A stretch of 64,000 nucleotides of DNA from an uncultured Actinomycetes bacterium (GCA_963731515.1 CAVSVU010000017.1:861164-925163), one strand, 5' to 3'. Positions 30,366 to 40,577 are shown, counted from the first letter of the stretch. The notes: generated by a model from the sequence alone, not told the origin. Program-made: numbers and translations.

Positions 30366-31409
30366 ATGACTGACCAGCTCGTCATCGAGCCCGAAGCGCG
30401 GCTCTTGGTTGAGCTTGGACAGGAGCGGGGTCTCGTATATGAGGACGAGCTCGCGGGCCTCGCGCTCGAGCTGGACCTCGAGGCCGACGATGTGCAGGCG
30501 CTGCGCGACGAGCTCGCGCAGCTCGGCGTGGACATCGTCGATCCCCCCGCGCCTGAGGAGCGCATCGAGGTCGTCGAGGTCGAGATCGCGACGACGAACA
30601 GCCTTGACCTCTTCCTGCGCCAGGCGGGCCGCTACCCGCTGCTGACGAAGGACGAGGAGGTCATGCTGGCGAAGCGCATCGAGGCCGGCGACCCGCTCGC
30701 GAAGCGGCGGATGATCGAGTCGAACCTGCGCCTGGTCGTGTCGATCGCGAAGCAGTACCGCGGTCAGGGCGTGCCCTTCCTCGATCTGATCCAGGAGGGC
30801 GTCCTCGGCCTGAACCGCGCGGTCGAGAAGTTCGACTGGCGCCGCGACCTCAAGTTCTCGACGTACGCCACCTGGTGGATCCGCCAGGCCGTGCAGCGCT
30901 CCATCGCGAACAGCGGCCGCACCATCCGGCTGCCCGTGCACGTCTCCGACCGCCTGCGGGCGATCGAGCGCGCCCGGCGCTCGCTGGAGGCCAGCCTGGG
31001 CCGGGAGCCGTCCGAGGACGAGATCGCCCGTGCCGCCGAGCTGACGTCGGACGCCGTGTCCGAGACGCTCGGCCTGGCCCGCAAGACCGTGTCGCTGCAC
31101 GAGCCGGTCGGCGAGGACGGCGACTCCGAGCTCGGCGACATGATCGCCGACCCGGACGCCGGCAACCCCGAGGAGCTGGCCGAGACGCACCTGCGTCACG
31201 AGCGGCTGCGCGAGGGCCTCGCCCGCCTGGGCGAGCGCAAGCGCCTGATCCTCGAGCTGCGGTTCGGGCTCGACGGGCAGGACCCGCGCAACCTCGAGGA
31301 GATCGGCCGCATCGTCGGGCTGACGCGCGAGCGCGTCCGCCAGCTCGAGGCCGAGGCGCTGCGCGAGCTGGCCGCATCGGCCGACATGCAGCCGCTGCGC
31401 GCGGCCTAG
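30366..31409 (+). CDS. RpoD/SigA-like sigma-70 factor
   Basis: Region 1.1-like N-terminus, [44 protein letters not shown]; may be a paralogue rather than the primary sigma. Confidence 0.93.
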   Translation: MTDQLVIEPEARLLVELGQERGLVYEDELAGLALELDLEADDVQALRDELAQLGVDIVDPPAPEERIEVVEVEIATTNSLDLFLRQAGRYPLLTKDEEVMLAKRIEAGDPLAKRRMIESNLRLVVSIAKQYRGQGVPFLDLIQEGVLGLNRAVEKFDWRRDLKFSTYATWWIRQAVQRSIANSGRTIRLPVHVSDRLRAIERARRSLEASLGREPSEDEIARAAELTSDAVSETLGLARKTVSLHEPVGEDGDSELGDMIADPDAGNPEELAETHLRHERLREGLARLGERKRLILELRFGLDGQDPRNLEEIGRIVGLTRERVRQLEAEALRELAASADMQPLRAA

Positions 31410-31428
31410 CCGGCCCGCGAGCACTTCT

Positions 31429-31462
31429 GGGGACTGTCCCGCGAGAAGCGGGGACAGTCCCC
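31429..31462. repeat. REP-like double palindrome GGGGACTGTCCC...GGGGACAGTCCCC (copy 2)
   Basis: Between the convergent sigma and pncA-nadE stops; matches 2071-2106. Confidence 0.8.
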
Positions 31463-31465
31463 GTT

Positions 31466-32806
31466 CTACGTCAGGGCGTGCGGCACGTCGTGCTTCCACG
31501 CCACCGAGTCGGCCCGCGCCTTCACCCGCCGCACCACGTCGAGGTCGACGCCCGTGCGCTCGGCGGCCGCCTCCGGCGTCATGCCCAGGTCGATCATCGC
31601 CACCAGCGCCCGGTCGGCGTCGCGGTAGGTGAACCCCAGCTCGTCCTCGTCGGTCTGCCCGCCCCACAGGCCCGCCGTGGGGTGCTTGTCGAGCACCGCC
31701 TGCGGCTGCCCCAGGACGCGCGCGGCCGCGCGCACCTCGGTCTTGTAGAGGTCGGTGATCGGCTCGATGTCGGACGCCGAGTCCCCGAAGCGGGTGAAGT
31801 ACCCGAGCAGGTTCTCGGTGCGGTTCTCGGTGCCGAGAACGAGCGCGTGCAGCTCCTGGGCGAGGTCGTAGATCACGATCATGCGCGCCCGGGCGCTGGC
31901 GTTGCCCTCGCGGATGTCCGACTCGTGCAGCGTCGGGCGCGCCGACGCGAGCGCCTCGATCATCGGATCGATCGAGACCGTCAGCAGGTTCTCCTCCGGC
32001 AGCCCGGCCGCGAGCGCCGAGGCGCCGGCGTCGTCGATGTGCACCTGCTCGGTATGCCGCGACGGCAGGCGCACGGCGACGACGTGCTCCGGGCCGATCG
32101 TGCGGGCCGCGAACGCCATCGCGACCGCGGAGTCGATCCCGCCCGAGAGCCCGATCACCGCCCTCCCCCGCCCCGCTGCCCTCATCACCGCGCGCAGGCG
32201 CTCCTCCTTGAGCTCGAGGATCGGTGCGAGCGCCGCCTCGTCGCGCAGCAGCTCGAGCCGGTCGAGCCGGCCGCCCGCCGCCAGAATCTCCGCCAGCGCC
32301 CGGCGGCCGTCGCCGGGCGCGACATCGACCGCGGCGATCGCGTCGGTCAGCACGATCGTCTCGAAGCCCTCCCGGATCGCGTCCAGCGCCGTCGCCCGGA
32401 CGCAGTAGTCGGTGGCGACGCCCCCGACCACGACGCGTTTCACCCCGCGCCCGCGCAGGTAGTCGCCGAGACCGGTGCCGTCGAAGTCCGAGTAGGCCTC
32501 GCGGTCGCGGTCGCCCCCCTTGTCCTGGATGCGGTCGAAGCGCATCCCCGCCACGGAAGGGTGCAGCTCGGCCCCCGCCGTCCCCTCGACGCAGTGCGGG
32601 GGCCACGGGCCGCCGCGGGCGGCGAACGAGACGTGGTCGGCCGGATGCCAATCGCGGGTCCCGACCACGGTCCCGGCACCGGCCGCCGCCCGCGCGAGCG
32701 CGGGCGCGAGCAGGTCGGCGCCGGCCACGCTGAGGGCGCCGCCGGGGCAGAAGTCGTTCTGCATGTCGACCACGATCAGCGCCGTGGTCGCGTCGGAGCC
32801 GGTCAT
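31466..32806 (-). CDS. pncA-nadE: Fused nicotinamidase (PncA, about aa 1-181) and NH3-dependent NAD+ synthetase (NadE)
   Basis: VVDMQNDF (D14), TRDWH, PPHC, K96 and ATDYCV (C135), then SGGIDS, GNASARARM, TENRTE, GYFTRFGD in one open frame of 446 aa. ATG 32806 has a GAGGAGG RBS and an ATGA overlap with pncB. Confidence 0.9.
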   Translation of the reverse strand: MTGSDATTALIVVDMQNDFCPGGALSVAGADLLAPALARAAAGAGTVVGTRDWHPADHVSFAARGGPWPPHCVEGTAGAELHPSVAGMRFDRIQDKGGDRDREAYSDFDGTGLGDYLRGRGVKRVVVGGVATDYCVRATALDAIREGFETIVLTDAIAAVDVAPGDGRRALAEILAAGGRLDRLELLRDEAALAPILELKEERLRAVMRAAGRGRAVIGLSGGIDSAVAMAFAARTIGPEHVVAVRLPSRHTEQVHIDDAGASALAAGLPEENLLTVSIDPMIEALASARPTLHESDIREGNASARARMIVIYDLAQELHALVLGTENRTENLLGYFTRFGDSASDIEPITDLYKTEVRAAARVLGQPQAVLDKHPTAGLWGGQTDEDELGFTYRDADRALVAMIDLGMTPEAAAERTGVDLDVVRRVKARADSVAWKHDVPHALT

Positions 32807-34107
32807 GACAGTTCCTCCTCGAGGGCGGAGAGCCGGGGCGAGTGCCGCGGCGGCTGACGGTCGGGATCGCGCAGCGCCCGTACCCGTTCGGGCAGCGCGG
32901 CAACCTGGGCCGCCGCGCGATCGCGGATCTCGCCGAGGGGCGGCAGCGGCGCGACGAGGGCGCCGGCGCGGATGACGGGCTCGAGCAGGGGCTCGCCGGG
33001 CACGTCCTCGCCGACGAGCCCGATGGTGTCGCCGTCCTCCGCGCGGAACACCTGGTGGCGGCCGGGCAGGTTCGACTTGGCCCCGGCCGCCTTCATCACC
33101 GGACGGCCGTCGCTCCACACGAGCTTGTAGACGCCGCCCAGGGTGGGCGCGTCGCTCGACGTCGTCAGGGCCGTGCCGACCCCGAAGCCGTCGATCGGCG
33201 CGCCGGCTGCCAGCAGGTCGGTGATCCGGTACTCGTCCAGGTCGCCGGAGCAGACGATGCGCGTCTCGGTGCAGCCGCCGGCGTCCAGGATCCCGCGCAC
33301 GGCCGTGGTCACCTCGACCAGGTCGCCGGAGTCGAGCCGCACCGCCTCGGGCACGATCCCGGTGAGGTGGGACGCCCTGCAGGCGGCGCGGGCGCCGGCG
33401 AGGGCGTCGCGGGTGTCGATCAGGAGCGTCGAGCGGTCGGGATGGTCGCGCAGGAACGCGCAGAACGCCTCGACGTCGGTCGGGAACGAGAGCACGTAGC
33501 TGTGCGCCATCGTCCCCGAGGTGGGGATGCCCCACAGGTACCCGGCCGCGACGGTGGCGGTGGCGGAGCAGCCGCCGATGTATGCCGAGCGGGCCGCGAG
33601 CAGCCCGGCGTCGGCGCCGTGCGCCCGGCGGAAGCCGAAGTCGACCACCGGCCGCCCGCCGGCGGCGGCCACGATCCGGGCCGCCTTGGTCGCGATCATG
33701 GTCTGGAAGTTCACCTGGTTCAGCAGGAAGGTCTCGGCCAGCTGGCAGGCCAGCCGCCCGCCCTCGACGCGCAGGATCGGCTCGCCGGCGTGCACGACCG
33801 TGCCCTCGGGGACGGCGTCCACGCTGCCCTCGAACCGCAGCCCGGCCAGGTGCCGCAGCAGCGGCTCGCTGACCGTGCGCGAGCGGCGCAGGTAGCCGAC
33901 CGCCTCCGTCCCGAACCGGAAGCCGGTCAGGTAGTCGCAGACGCGCTCGAGCCCGGCCGCGACCAGGAAGCCCCGCTCCGGCGGCAGGGTGCGCACGAAG
34001 AGCTCGAACGCCACCTCGCCGTCGGCCTTGCCCTGGGCCAGGTAGGAGTCCGCCATCGCGAGCTGGTACTCGTCGGTCATGAGCTCGACGGGCGGCCAGG
34101 CGATCAT
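32803..34107 (-). CDS. pncB: Nicotinate phosphoribosyltransferase
   Basis: TDEYQLAM, DFGFRRAHG, GTMAHSY, LIDT, VRLDSGD, DGFGVGT, GGVYKLV. Confidence 0.95.
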   Translation of the reverse strand: MIAWPPVELMTDEYQLAMADSYLAQGKADGEVAFELFVRTLPPERGFLVAAGLERVCDYLTGFRFGTEAVGYLRRSRTVSEPLLRHLAGLRFEGSVDAVPEGTVVHAGEPILRVEGGRLACQLAETFLLNQVNFQTMIATKAARIVAAAGGRPVVDFGFRRAHGADAGLLAARSAYIGGCSATATVAAGYLWGIPTSGTMAHSYVLSFPTDVEAFCAFLRDHPDRSTLLIDTRDALAGARAACRASHLTGIVPEAVRLDSGDLVEVTTAVRGILDAGGCTETRIVCSGDLDEYRITDLLAAGAPIDGFGVGTALTTSSDAPTLGGVYKLVWSDGRPVMKAAGAKSNLPGRHQVFRAEDGDTIGLVGEDVPGEPLLEPVIRAGALVAPLPPLGEIRDRAAAQVAALPERVRALRDPDRQPPRHSPRLSALEEELS

Positions 34108-34804
34108 GCCGACCGCCGGTAGCGCGCGCTCTGGGCCAGGATCAGGGGCCGGCGGTCGGCGAAGCGGTAGAGCGCCGCCGGGCGGCCGCCGGTGGGCCGC
34201 TCGCCCGACTCGGCCAGCACGCCCCACCCGAGGGCGATGCGGCGGAAGTTGTTCGGCTCGAACGCCCGCCCGATCCCGGCCTCGTACACCCGCCGCAGCT
34301 CCGAGAGCGTGAACGTCTCGGGCAGCAGGCTCCAGGCCACGTTCTGGTACTCGAGCTTGTAGGCCAGCCGCTGGCGGGCGTACCCCAGGATGCGGTCGTG
34401 GTCGAAGGCGAGCACCGTCCCGGCCTCGGTGTCGCGAAGCAGCGGCTCGAGCGGCCGCCAGATCGGCCTCGCGGGCGTCCGATCCTGGCCGCAGCCGCAC
34501 GCGGCCGCCGTCGACGAGGGCCAGGTAGCAGCACGAGATCACCCGCCCGCGCGGGTCGCGGTCGAGCTCCGAGAAGGTGGCGAGCTGCTCCATGTAGGTG
34601 TCGGTGACGCCGGTCTCCTCGCGCAGCTCCCGCTCGGCCGCCTCCTCGAGCGTCTCGTACGGCTCGAGCAGGCCGCCCGGGCAGCGCCCAGTAGCTCTCG
34701 TACGGCTCGTAGCGGCGGCGGACGAGGAGGACGTTCATCGCGCCGTCCCGGAAGGCGAACACGGCGACGTCGGCGGCGACGCGCGGATGTTGGGCCTCGG
34801 CCAC
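34104..34804 (-). CDS. nrtR: NrtR transcriptional regulator (Nudix + winged helix; two frameshifts)
   Basis: ADVAVF..VLLVRR..WALPG, then RDPRGRVIS, then AFDH..ILG..FTLSELRRVYE..NFRR..GRPAALYRF across three frames. Confidence 0.9.
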
Positions 34805-34825
34805 TTATAGACCTCGTGACTACTT
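34805..34825. promoter_or_regulatory. NrtR operator overlapping the nrtR promoter
   Basis: TTATAGACCTCGTGACTACTT, a 21-bp imperfect dyad resembling TTATAGTC-N5-GACTATAA. It abuts the GTG start; minus-strand TGCTAAAGT extended -10 overlaps it. Confidence 0.7.
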
Positions 34826-36229
34826 TAGCACGAGGGCGAGATCAGCACCGTGCGCAGGCTGGTGTAGAACTCGCGCGCGGCCTTGCCCTGCTCGCGCGGG
34901 CCCAGGCCGGATGCCTTCTCGCCGCCGAACGGCGTGTGCAGGTCGACGCCGGACGTGGGCTGGTTGACGCGCACCAGGCCGGTGTCGAGCCGGTTCGCCA
35001 GGTCGAGCACGCGGTCGAGGTCGCGCGTGAAGACGGCGGTGACGAGGCCGTGGCGGACGCCGTTCGCGAGCTCCACGGCCGCGTCCGCCCCGTCGGCGCG
35101 CATGAGCGCGCAGACCGGCGCGAACACCTCCTCCTGGGCCAGCTCGGCGGACGGGTCGTCGACCTCGACGAGGGCCGGCCTCAGGTAGTTGCCGGGGCCG
35201 TCGAGCGGCGCGCCGCCCGCGAGCAGCCGCCCGCCCGCCTCCACCCCGCGCTTCACCGCCGCTGCGGCCGCGTCGCGGGCGTCGGCCGAGATCAGCGGCC
35301 CGACCCGGCAGGCCTCGTCGGCGGGATCCTCGATCCGCAGCGACTCGACGGCCGCGACCAGGGCGTCGCGCATCCCGCCCGCCACCGCGCCGTCGCAGAT
35401 GACGCGGCTCGTCGCGGTGCACTTCTGGCCGGCGTAGCCCATCGCGGCGGTCGCGATCGTCGCGGCGGCCGTCTCGAGGTCTGCGTCGGCGAGCACGATC
35501 GACGCGTTCTGGCCGCCCATCTCGCACTGCACGGCGGCGCCGCGGTCGACCGCCATCCGGGCGACGGCGCTCCCGGTCGCCACGGAGCCCGTGAACGAGA
35601 TGGCGTTCACGCCGGGATGGCCGACGAGGGCGGCGCCGGCGTCGGCGCGGCCCTGCACCAGCTGCACGACCGGCCCGGGCAGCTCCGGCGCGAGGCACTC
35701 GAGCAGCGCCTCGGCGCACGCCGGCGAGAACGGCGACGGCTTCCACACGCACGCGTTCCCGTAGGCGAGCGCGGGCGCGAGCTTCCAGGCCGGGATGGCG
35801 ATGGGGAAGTTCCAGGGCGTGATCAGGCCGACGACGCCGCGCGGCCGGCGCCGCGCCATGAGCAGCGAGCGGCCGTCGCCGGACGGGAACGTGTCGCCGT
35901 CGGGGTCGAGCGCGGCCTGGGCGTGGTAGCGCAGGATCGCCGCGGTGCGGGCGACCTCGCCGCGGGCCTCGAGCACGGGCTTGCCCACCTCGCGGCGGAC
36001 GAGCTCGGCCAGCTCCCCCGCGGCCGCCTCGACCCGGGCCGCGGCCCGGCTGAGCGCGTCCGCGCGGGCCTGCGCCGGCAGCGCCGCGTATCCGGGCGCG
36101 GCGGCCGCCGCCGCGGAGACGGCCCGGTCGACGTCGATGCCGCCGCCGGGGACGAACGTCCCGATGCGGTCGGCGGGGTCGGCGGGGTTCTCGCTGACGA
36201 TGTCGTGCGGAGGAAGCGGCCGCGGCCAC
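34825..36229 (-). CDS. Aldehyde dehydrogenase (probable indel near the start)
   Basis: SENPADP, ITPWNFP, WKPS, FTGS, EMGGQN, AGQKCTATSR, EEVFAP, PFGGEKASG; no in-frame start, nearest GTG at 36229 in another frame. Confidence 0.9.
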
Positions 36230-36234
36230 GACGG

Positions 36235-36333
36235 CTACTGGCTCACGTGGACGATCAGCGCCAGCACCGCGAGAAGCACCACCATCGTCAAGAGCGCCCA
36301 CCAGCGCGACGTCGAGGTCGGAGGGCTCGTCAT
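36235..36333 (-). CDS. Small single-TM peptide (32 aa)
   Basis: MTSPPTSTSRWWALLTMVVLLAVLALIVHVSQ; TAACAT 8 nt before the ATG. Confidence 0.5.
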   Translation of the reverse strand: MTSPPTSTSRWWALLTMVVLLAVLALIVHVSQ

Positions 36334-36344
36334 GGGCGCGGATG

Positions 36345-36845
36345 TTACCCGGCCGGGTCGGCGGACGACGCGCCTTCGACGAGCGCCTCCCCCACCACCA
36401 CGACCACGAAGAGCGCGATCGTGGTGAGGTGCACGAGCGAGCACCACAGGCAGACGGCGTCGATCTCGAAGAGCTCGGCGTAGATCAGGTAGACGACGGT
36501 GCAGACGCCGCCGATCGCCCAGCCCAGCCGGGCGTAGCGCACGAGCGGCTCCGGCGAGCGCCACGCGGGCGGCGCGCACAGGCAGGCGGCGACGACGAAG
36601 AAGGCGACGCCGAGCACGGCCACCGGGATGCCGAGGACGTACGACTGCGGGCTCGTCGTCACCTTCTCGCAGTCGATCACGCCGCTGGCCGAGCAGGCCA
36701 GGCGCACGTGGGTCGTGAAGTGGGTGACCGTCAGGTAGGCGGCGACGGCCAGACCGATCACGGCCAGCGTCATCGAGGAGCGCAGCACCCACGCCGGCAC
36801 CGGGCGGCCGGGCGGGCGCGCGTCGGTCGCCGTCGCCGCGATCAC
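36345..36845 (-). CDS. Vitamin K epoxide reductase (VKOR) family protein
   Basis: Loop cysteines [23 protein letters not shown] redox motif, four TMs; GTGA overlap with DUF929. Confidence 0.92.
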   Translation of the reverse strand: MIAATATDARPPGRPVPAWVLRSSMTLAVIGLAVAAYLTVTHFTTHVRLACSASGVIDCEKVTTSPQSYVLGIPVAVLGVAFFVVAACLCAPPAWRSPEPLVRYARLGWAIGGVCTVVYLIYAELFEIDAVCLWCSLVHLTTIALFVVVVVGEALVEGASSADPAG

Positions 36846-37729
36846 GCCTTGGGCAGGTGCTTCGCCGCGGCGGTGACGCCGGGCGTCGAGCACACGTTCG
36901 CCGGCTGGCCTCCGGTCTGCGCGCACAGCGCGGCCGTGATCTGGTTCGCGGAGCCGAGGATGGCGATGCTCGGATCGGTGTTCGTGTCGCGCATGGCCGT
37001 CGCGACCTGCGGCATCGTCATCCCGGCCAGGATCTGCGGGTTGTAGCTGGCGTCGGTCTGCAGGTAGTTGCCCATGTAGATGAACGGGATCGTGCCCTTG
37101 GGGTCGTACTTGCGGATCAGCTGGTTCTGCTGGGCGGTCGGCCGTTCGAGGGGCGCGTACGTGCCGCCGACCGGCCGGTTCCCGTAGAGCTCCACGGTCT
37201 GCAGGGCCAGGTACTTGCTGGCGTACTTCGCGTTGTGGAACGAGAAGGTGGGCGTGTTCGGGTAGACGTCGCTCGACGACGAGTGGGTCGCGCCCAGGTT
37301 CGTAAACGTGCCGAAGCGCGAGAGGGCGGTGACGAGCGGCCAGCGCTCGGCCGCGCAGAACGGGCAGTACTCGGCGCCCATGTAGAGCACGAGCGGCTTC
37401 CCGCCCACGCGCAGCGGCGTGCCGCCGATCCGGCTCAGGCCGCCGATGCCGGAGACGGCGCCGATCGTGTTGAACGTCGACGCGGGCACGGTGGAGACGT
37501 TGTGGACGACCGATGCGGGCGCGAGGCCCGTGCGCTTGGCCGGCTTGGGCGAGCTCTGGAGCAGCTTGGCGCCGACGAGCGCGCCGATCACGACGAGCAG
37601 GCCGACGATGCCGCCGACCGCGAGCAGCATCGGGTTTCGGCCGCCCTGCTTCTTCGGCTGGGAGGTGAGCCGCTCGCCGCGGCTGCGCTCGGCGGCCCGG
37701 CGCTGCTGACGCGTCTTCTGGTTCGTCAC
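36842..37729 (-). CDS. DUF929-family membrane-anchored thioredoxin-fold protein
   Basis: TM anchor, [37 protein letters not shown] cis-Pro loop. Confidence 0.85.
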   Translation of the reverse strand: MTNQKTRQQRRAAERSRGERLTSQPKKQGGRNPMLLAVGGIVGLLVVIGALVGAKLLQSSPKPAKRTGLAPASVVHNVSTVPASTFNTIGAVSGIGGLSRIGGTPLRVGGKPLVLYMGAEYCPFCAAERWPLVTALSRFGTFTNLGATHSSSSDVYPNTPTFSFHNAKYASKYLALQTVELYGNRPVGGTYAPLERPTAQQNQLIRKYDPKGTIPFIYMGNYLQTDASYNPQILAGMTMPQVATAMRDTNTDPSIAILGSANQITAALCAQTGGQPANVCSTPGVTAAAKHLPKA

Positions 37730-37785
37730 CCTTCAAACACTAGTGGCCCTGTCTAAGCAAACCTGAAGAGCGCGCTCACGTCGAC

Positions 37786-38004
37786 TTAGGGATCGGGCGG
37801 GCACAGGCACGGGTGCGGGCGGCGATGCTCGGGCCCGTGGTGGTGCCCGCCGCCGCCTCCACCTCCCTGCCGGTGCGGCAGCGCGTGCGCGATCGCGCGG
37901 GCCATCCAGCGCACCGGCGTCTCGAACCGGACGAGGACGCACAGGCTCAGCATGAGCGCCGTCAGCAGGAGGACGTACTCGATGGTGGCCTGGCCGCGGC
38001 GCAT
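37786..38004 (-). CDS. Flp/TadE-type pilin-like protein
   Basis: MRRGQATIEY class III signal peptide, hydrophobic helix; TAGCCT 7 nt before the ATG. Confidence 0.7.
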   Translation of the reverse strand: MRRGQATIEYVLLLTALMLSLCVLVRFETPVRWMARAIAHALPHRQGGGGGGGHHHGPEHRRPHPCLCPPDP

Positions 38005-38061
38005 GTCTCCGAGGCTACGGATGTGCCTGTCACGCGTGGGTGACGGCGCGTGTCGATCCCG

Positions 38062-38859
38062 TCACAACCCGGACAACGAGCCGGACACGGTCAGCAGCAC
38101 CGCGGCGGCCAGCGGCAGGAGCGCGGCCGGCACGAGCACGAAGACCACGACGACGAGCACCCGCGGCCCGGCCTTCGCCGCGCGCTCCTGGACGGCCCGG
38201 GCCCGCGCCGTCCGGGCGCGGTCGGCCTGGCGCCGCAGCGACTCGGCCAGCGGAACGCCCAGGCGGTCGCTCAGCCGCAGCGTCAGCGCGAGCTGGGCCA
38301 GCGACGGCGAGCCGGACCGCGCCGCCAGGTCACGCAGCTCGTCGGCGCGCGGGCGGCCGAGGGCGATGTTGGCGTACGCGAGCTCGAGCTCGGCTCCGAG
38401 CTCGCCACCGACCGCCTCCCCCGCTCCGCGGAGCGACGCATCCAGACCGACGCCCGCGGCGACCGTGCTCGCGACGAGCTCGACCAGCTCCGGCACGCGC
38501 CGCTCGATCCGCTCCGACCTCCGGGCAGCGGCGGCGCGCAGCCACAGGTGCGGGTACACCGCGCCGAACCCCGCCAGGGCGAGCGCCGCGACGACGCCGG
38601 TGAGACCGCCGAGCGCGGCGAACGCCAGGACGGCGAGCCCGGCGGACGCCGCCACCGCTCCCGCCCGGAACGCCGACACGTCGATTCCCCGGCCTGCGAG
38701 CAGCGCCGCCGGACGCCGCCCGATCGCGGACAGCACCCGCACCGACGGGCTTCCGCGCCCGCCCCGGTCGGGCGGGTTGAGACGGCGGTCTCGGACGGCC
38801 GCACGCCGGGCCTCGCCCAGCGCGAGCGCGGCGAGCGCGAGCAGCAGCCACCCGCTCAC
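38062..38859 (-). CDS. tadC: TadC-like type II secretion F-domain protein
   Basis: VPELVELVASTVAAGVGLD, GVPLAESLRRQA, C-terminal TM. Confidence 0.85.
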   Translation of the reverse strand: MSGWLLLALAALALGEARRAAVRDRRLNPPDRGGRGSPSVRVLSAIGRRPAALLAGRGIDVSAFRAGAVAASAGLAVLAFAALGGLTGVVAALALAGFGAVYPHLWLRAAAARRSERIERRVPELVELVASTVAAGVGLDASLRGAGEAVGGELGAELELAYANIALGRPRADELRDLAARSGSPSLAQLALTLRLSDRLGVPLAESLRRQADRARTARARAVQERAAKAGPRVLVVVVFVLVPAALLPLAAAVLLTVSGSLSGL

Positions 38860-39440
38860 GGGTCGACCTGCGCGAGGCGGCGGATCAGCACGTGCCCGAT
38901 CGCAGCCAATCCCGCCGACGTCGCCAGCGAGAGCCACCCCAGCGGCGAGCGCACGAGCAGGTCGAACCCGGGACGGTCGGCGAGGTAGAGCGCCGCGACG
39001 CCGAGGCCGGGCATCGCCGTCACGATCCGGCCCGTCGCCCGCGCCTGCGCCGTCGCCACCTCCGCGGCCCGACGCTGGGCGCCGCGCTCGTGGAGCAGCT
39101 CGGCGGTGCGCTCGAGCAGGAGCGCCAGATCGCCACCGGCCCGCGTGTGCAGCCGCACGGCCGCGGCCAGGTACGCGACGTCGGCACCCTCGCCGAGCGC
39201 CGCGAACGCCTCTGCGATCGGCGTCCCCAGCGCGGCATCGGCCGCCGCAGCCGCGACGCGGCCCGCGGTCGGCTCCGGCGCGTCCTCGACCGCGTCGGCG
39301 AGCGCCTGGCGCAGCGACCTGCCGGCGCGGACGTGCGCGGCCAGGATCTCGACGACGAGCGCAAGCTGGGCGTCCTCCGACCGGCCTCGCAGGGCACGGA
39401 TCCGATCGGCGAGCGGCGTCAGGCGCCGGCGAAGGCGCAT
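38856..39440 (-). CDS. tadB: TadB-like type II secretion F-domain protein
   Basis: LAAHVRAGRSL, GGDLALLL, TAQARATG. Confidence 0.85.
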   Translation of the reverse strand: MRLRRRLTPLADRIRALRGRSEDAQLALVVEILAAHVRAGRSLRQALADAVEDAPEPTAGRVAAAAADAALGTPIAEAFAALGEGADVAYLAAAVRLHTRAGGDLALLLERTAELLHERGAQRRAAEVATAQARATGRIVTAMPGLGVAALYLADRPGFDLLVRSPLGWLSLATSAGLAAIGHVLIRRLAQVDP

Positions 39441-40577
39441 CGCCGCTCCCGCAGCTCGCCCAGCAGCCGGGCATCGAGCATGTGGAGCTGCCCGTCGCGG
39501 CCGCGGGCGTCCACGAAGCGCACCCGCCGTGAGCCGTCGCCGTCCCGCACCAGATGGACGATCACGTCGACCGCCGAGGCGACCTGCTCGCGCACCGCGG
39601 CGTGAGGCAGGTCGAGCCCGGCCATCAGCGCCATCGTCTCGATCCGGCGCACGGCGTCGGCCGGCGAGCTCGCGTGAACGGTGGTCAGCGAGCCGTCGTG
39701 GCCGGTGTTCATCGCCTGGAGCATGTCGAGCGCCTCGCCGCCGCGCACCTCGCCGACGACGATCCGGTCGGGTCGCATCCGCAGGGCGTTGCGCACGAGC
39801 GCGCGCAGCGTCACCTCGCCGCGGCCCTCGACGTTCGGCGGACGGCTCTCGAGCCGGGCGACGTGCGGCTGCGGCAGCCGCAGCTCCGCGGCATCCTCGA
39901 CCGTGACGATCCGCTCGGCCGGGTCGATGAACCCCGCGAGCGCGTTCAGGAGCGTCGTCTTCCCCGTGCCGGTGCCGCCCGACACGACGACGTTCAGTCG
40001 TCCGCGCACACAGCGCTCGAGCAGATCCGCCTGGCCGGCGGTGAGGCTCCCGGCCGCGACGAGGTCCTCCACCCGGAACGGCGCCCGGGCGAACTTGCGG
40101 ATCGTGAGCAGCGGGCCGTCGAGCGCGATCGGCGGCAGCACCGCGTTCACGCGGCTGCCGTCGGGAAGGCGAGCGTCGACCATCGGGCTCGACTCGTCCA
40201 CGCGGCGGCCGACCGAGCTGACGACCCGGTCGATCACCTGGCGCAGATGCTCGTCGTCGCGGAACGCCACCGGCTCGCGGAGGAGCCGGCCCGCCCGCTC
40301 GGCGTAGATCCGCCCGGAGCCGTTCGCGATCACCTCGGTCACGCCCCGGTCGCGCAGCAGCGGATCGAGCGGGCCGAGGCCGACGGTGTCGTCCACGATG
40401 CCGGCGACCAGGCGACGGGCGTCGGCGGGATCGAGGGCGACGCCATCGCCGTGCAGCAGCTGCCCACGCGACTCGTTCCGCCGCCGCGCGGAGGTCGCCG
40501 CTCGCGGGGCGGTCGAGCAGCTCACGCCGCAGCCGCTCGCGGTATCCGGCTGCCAGGCCGGCGATGGGATCGGTCAC
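39419..40577 (-). CDS. cpaF: TadA/CpaF pilus assembly ATPase (frameshift near 40480)
   Basis: LGPLDPLL, GGTGTGKTT, TVEDAAEL, LRMRPDRIVVGEVRG, MNTGHDGSLTTVHA. Confidence 0.93.

Noticed and set aside
32807-33535. N-terminal extension of the PncA-NadE ORF
   Set aside because: Out-of-frame shadow of pncB; the real start is ATG 32,806 with a GAGGAGG RBS.
32803-34593. Apparent NrtR-PncB fusion in the ORF track
   Set aside because: Caused by frameshifts in nrtR. Its wHTH part stops at 34,104 with an ATGA overlap onto the pncB start at 34,107.
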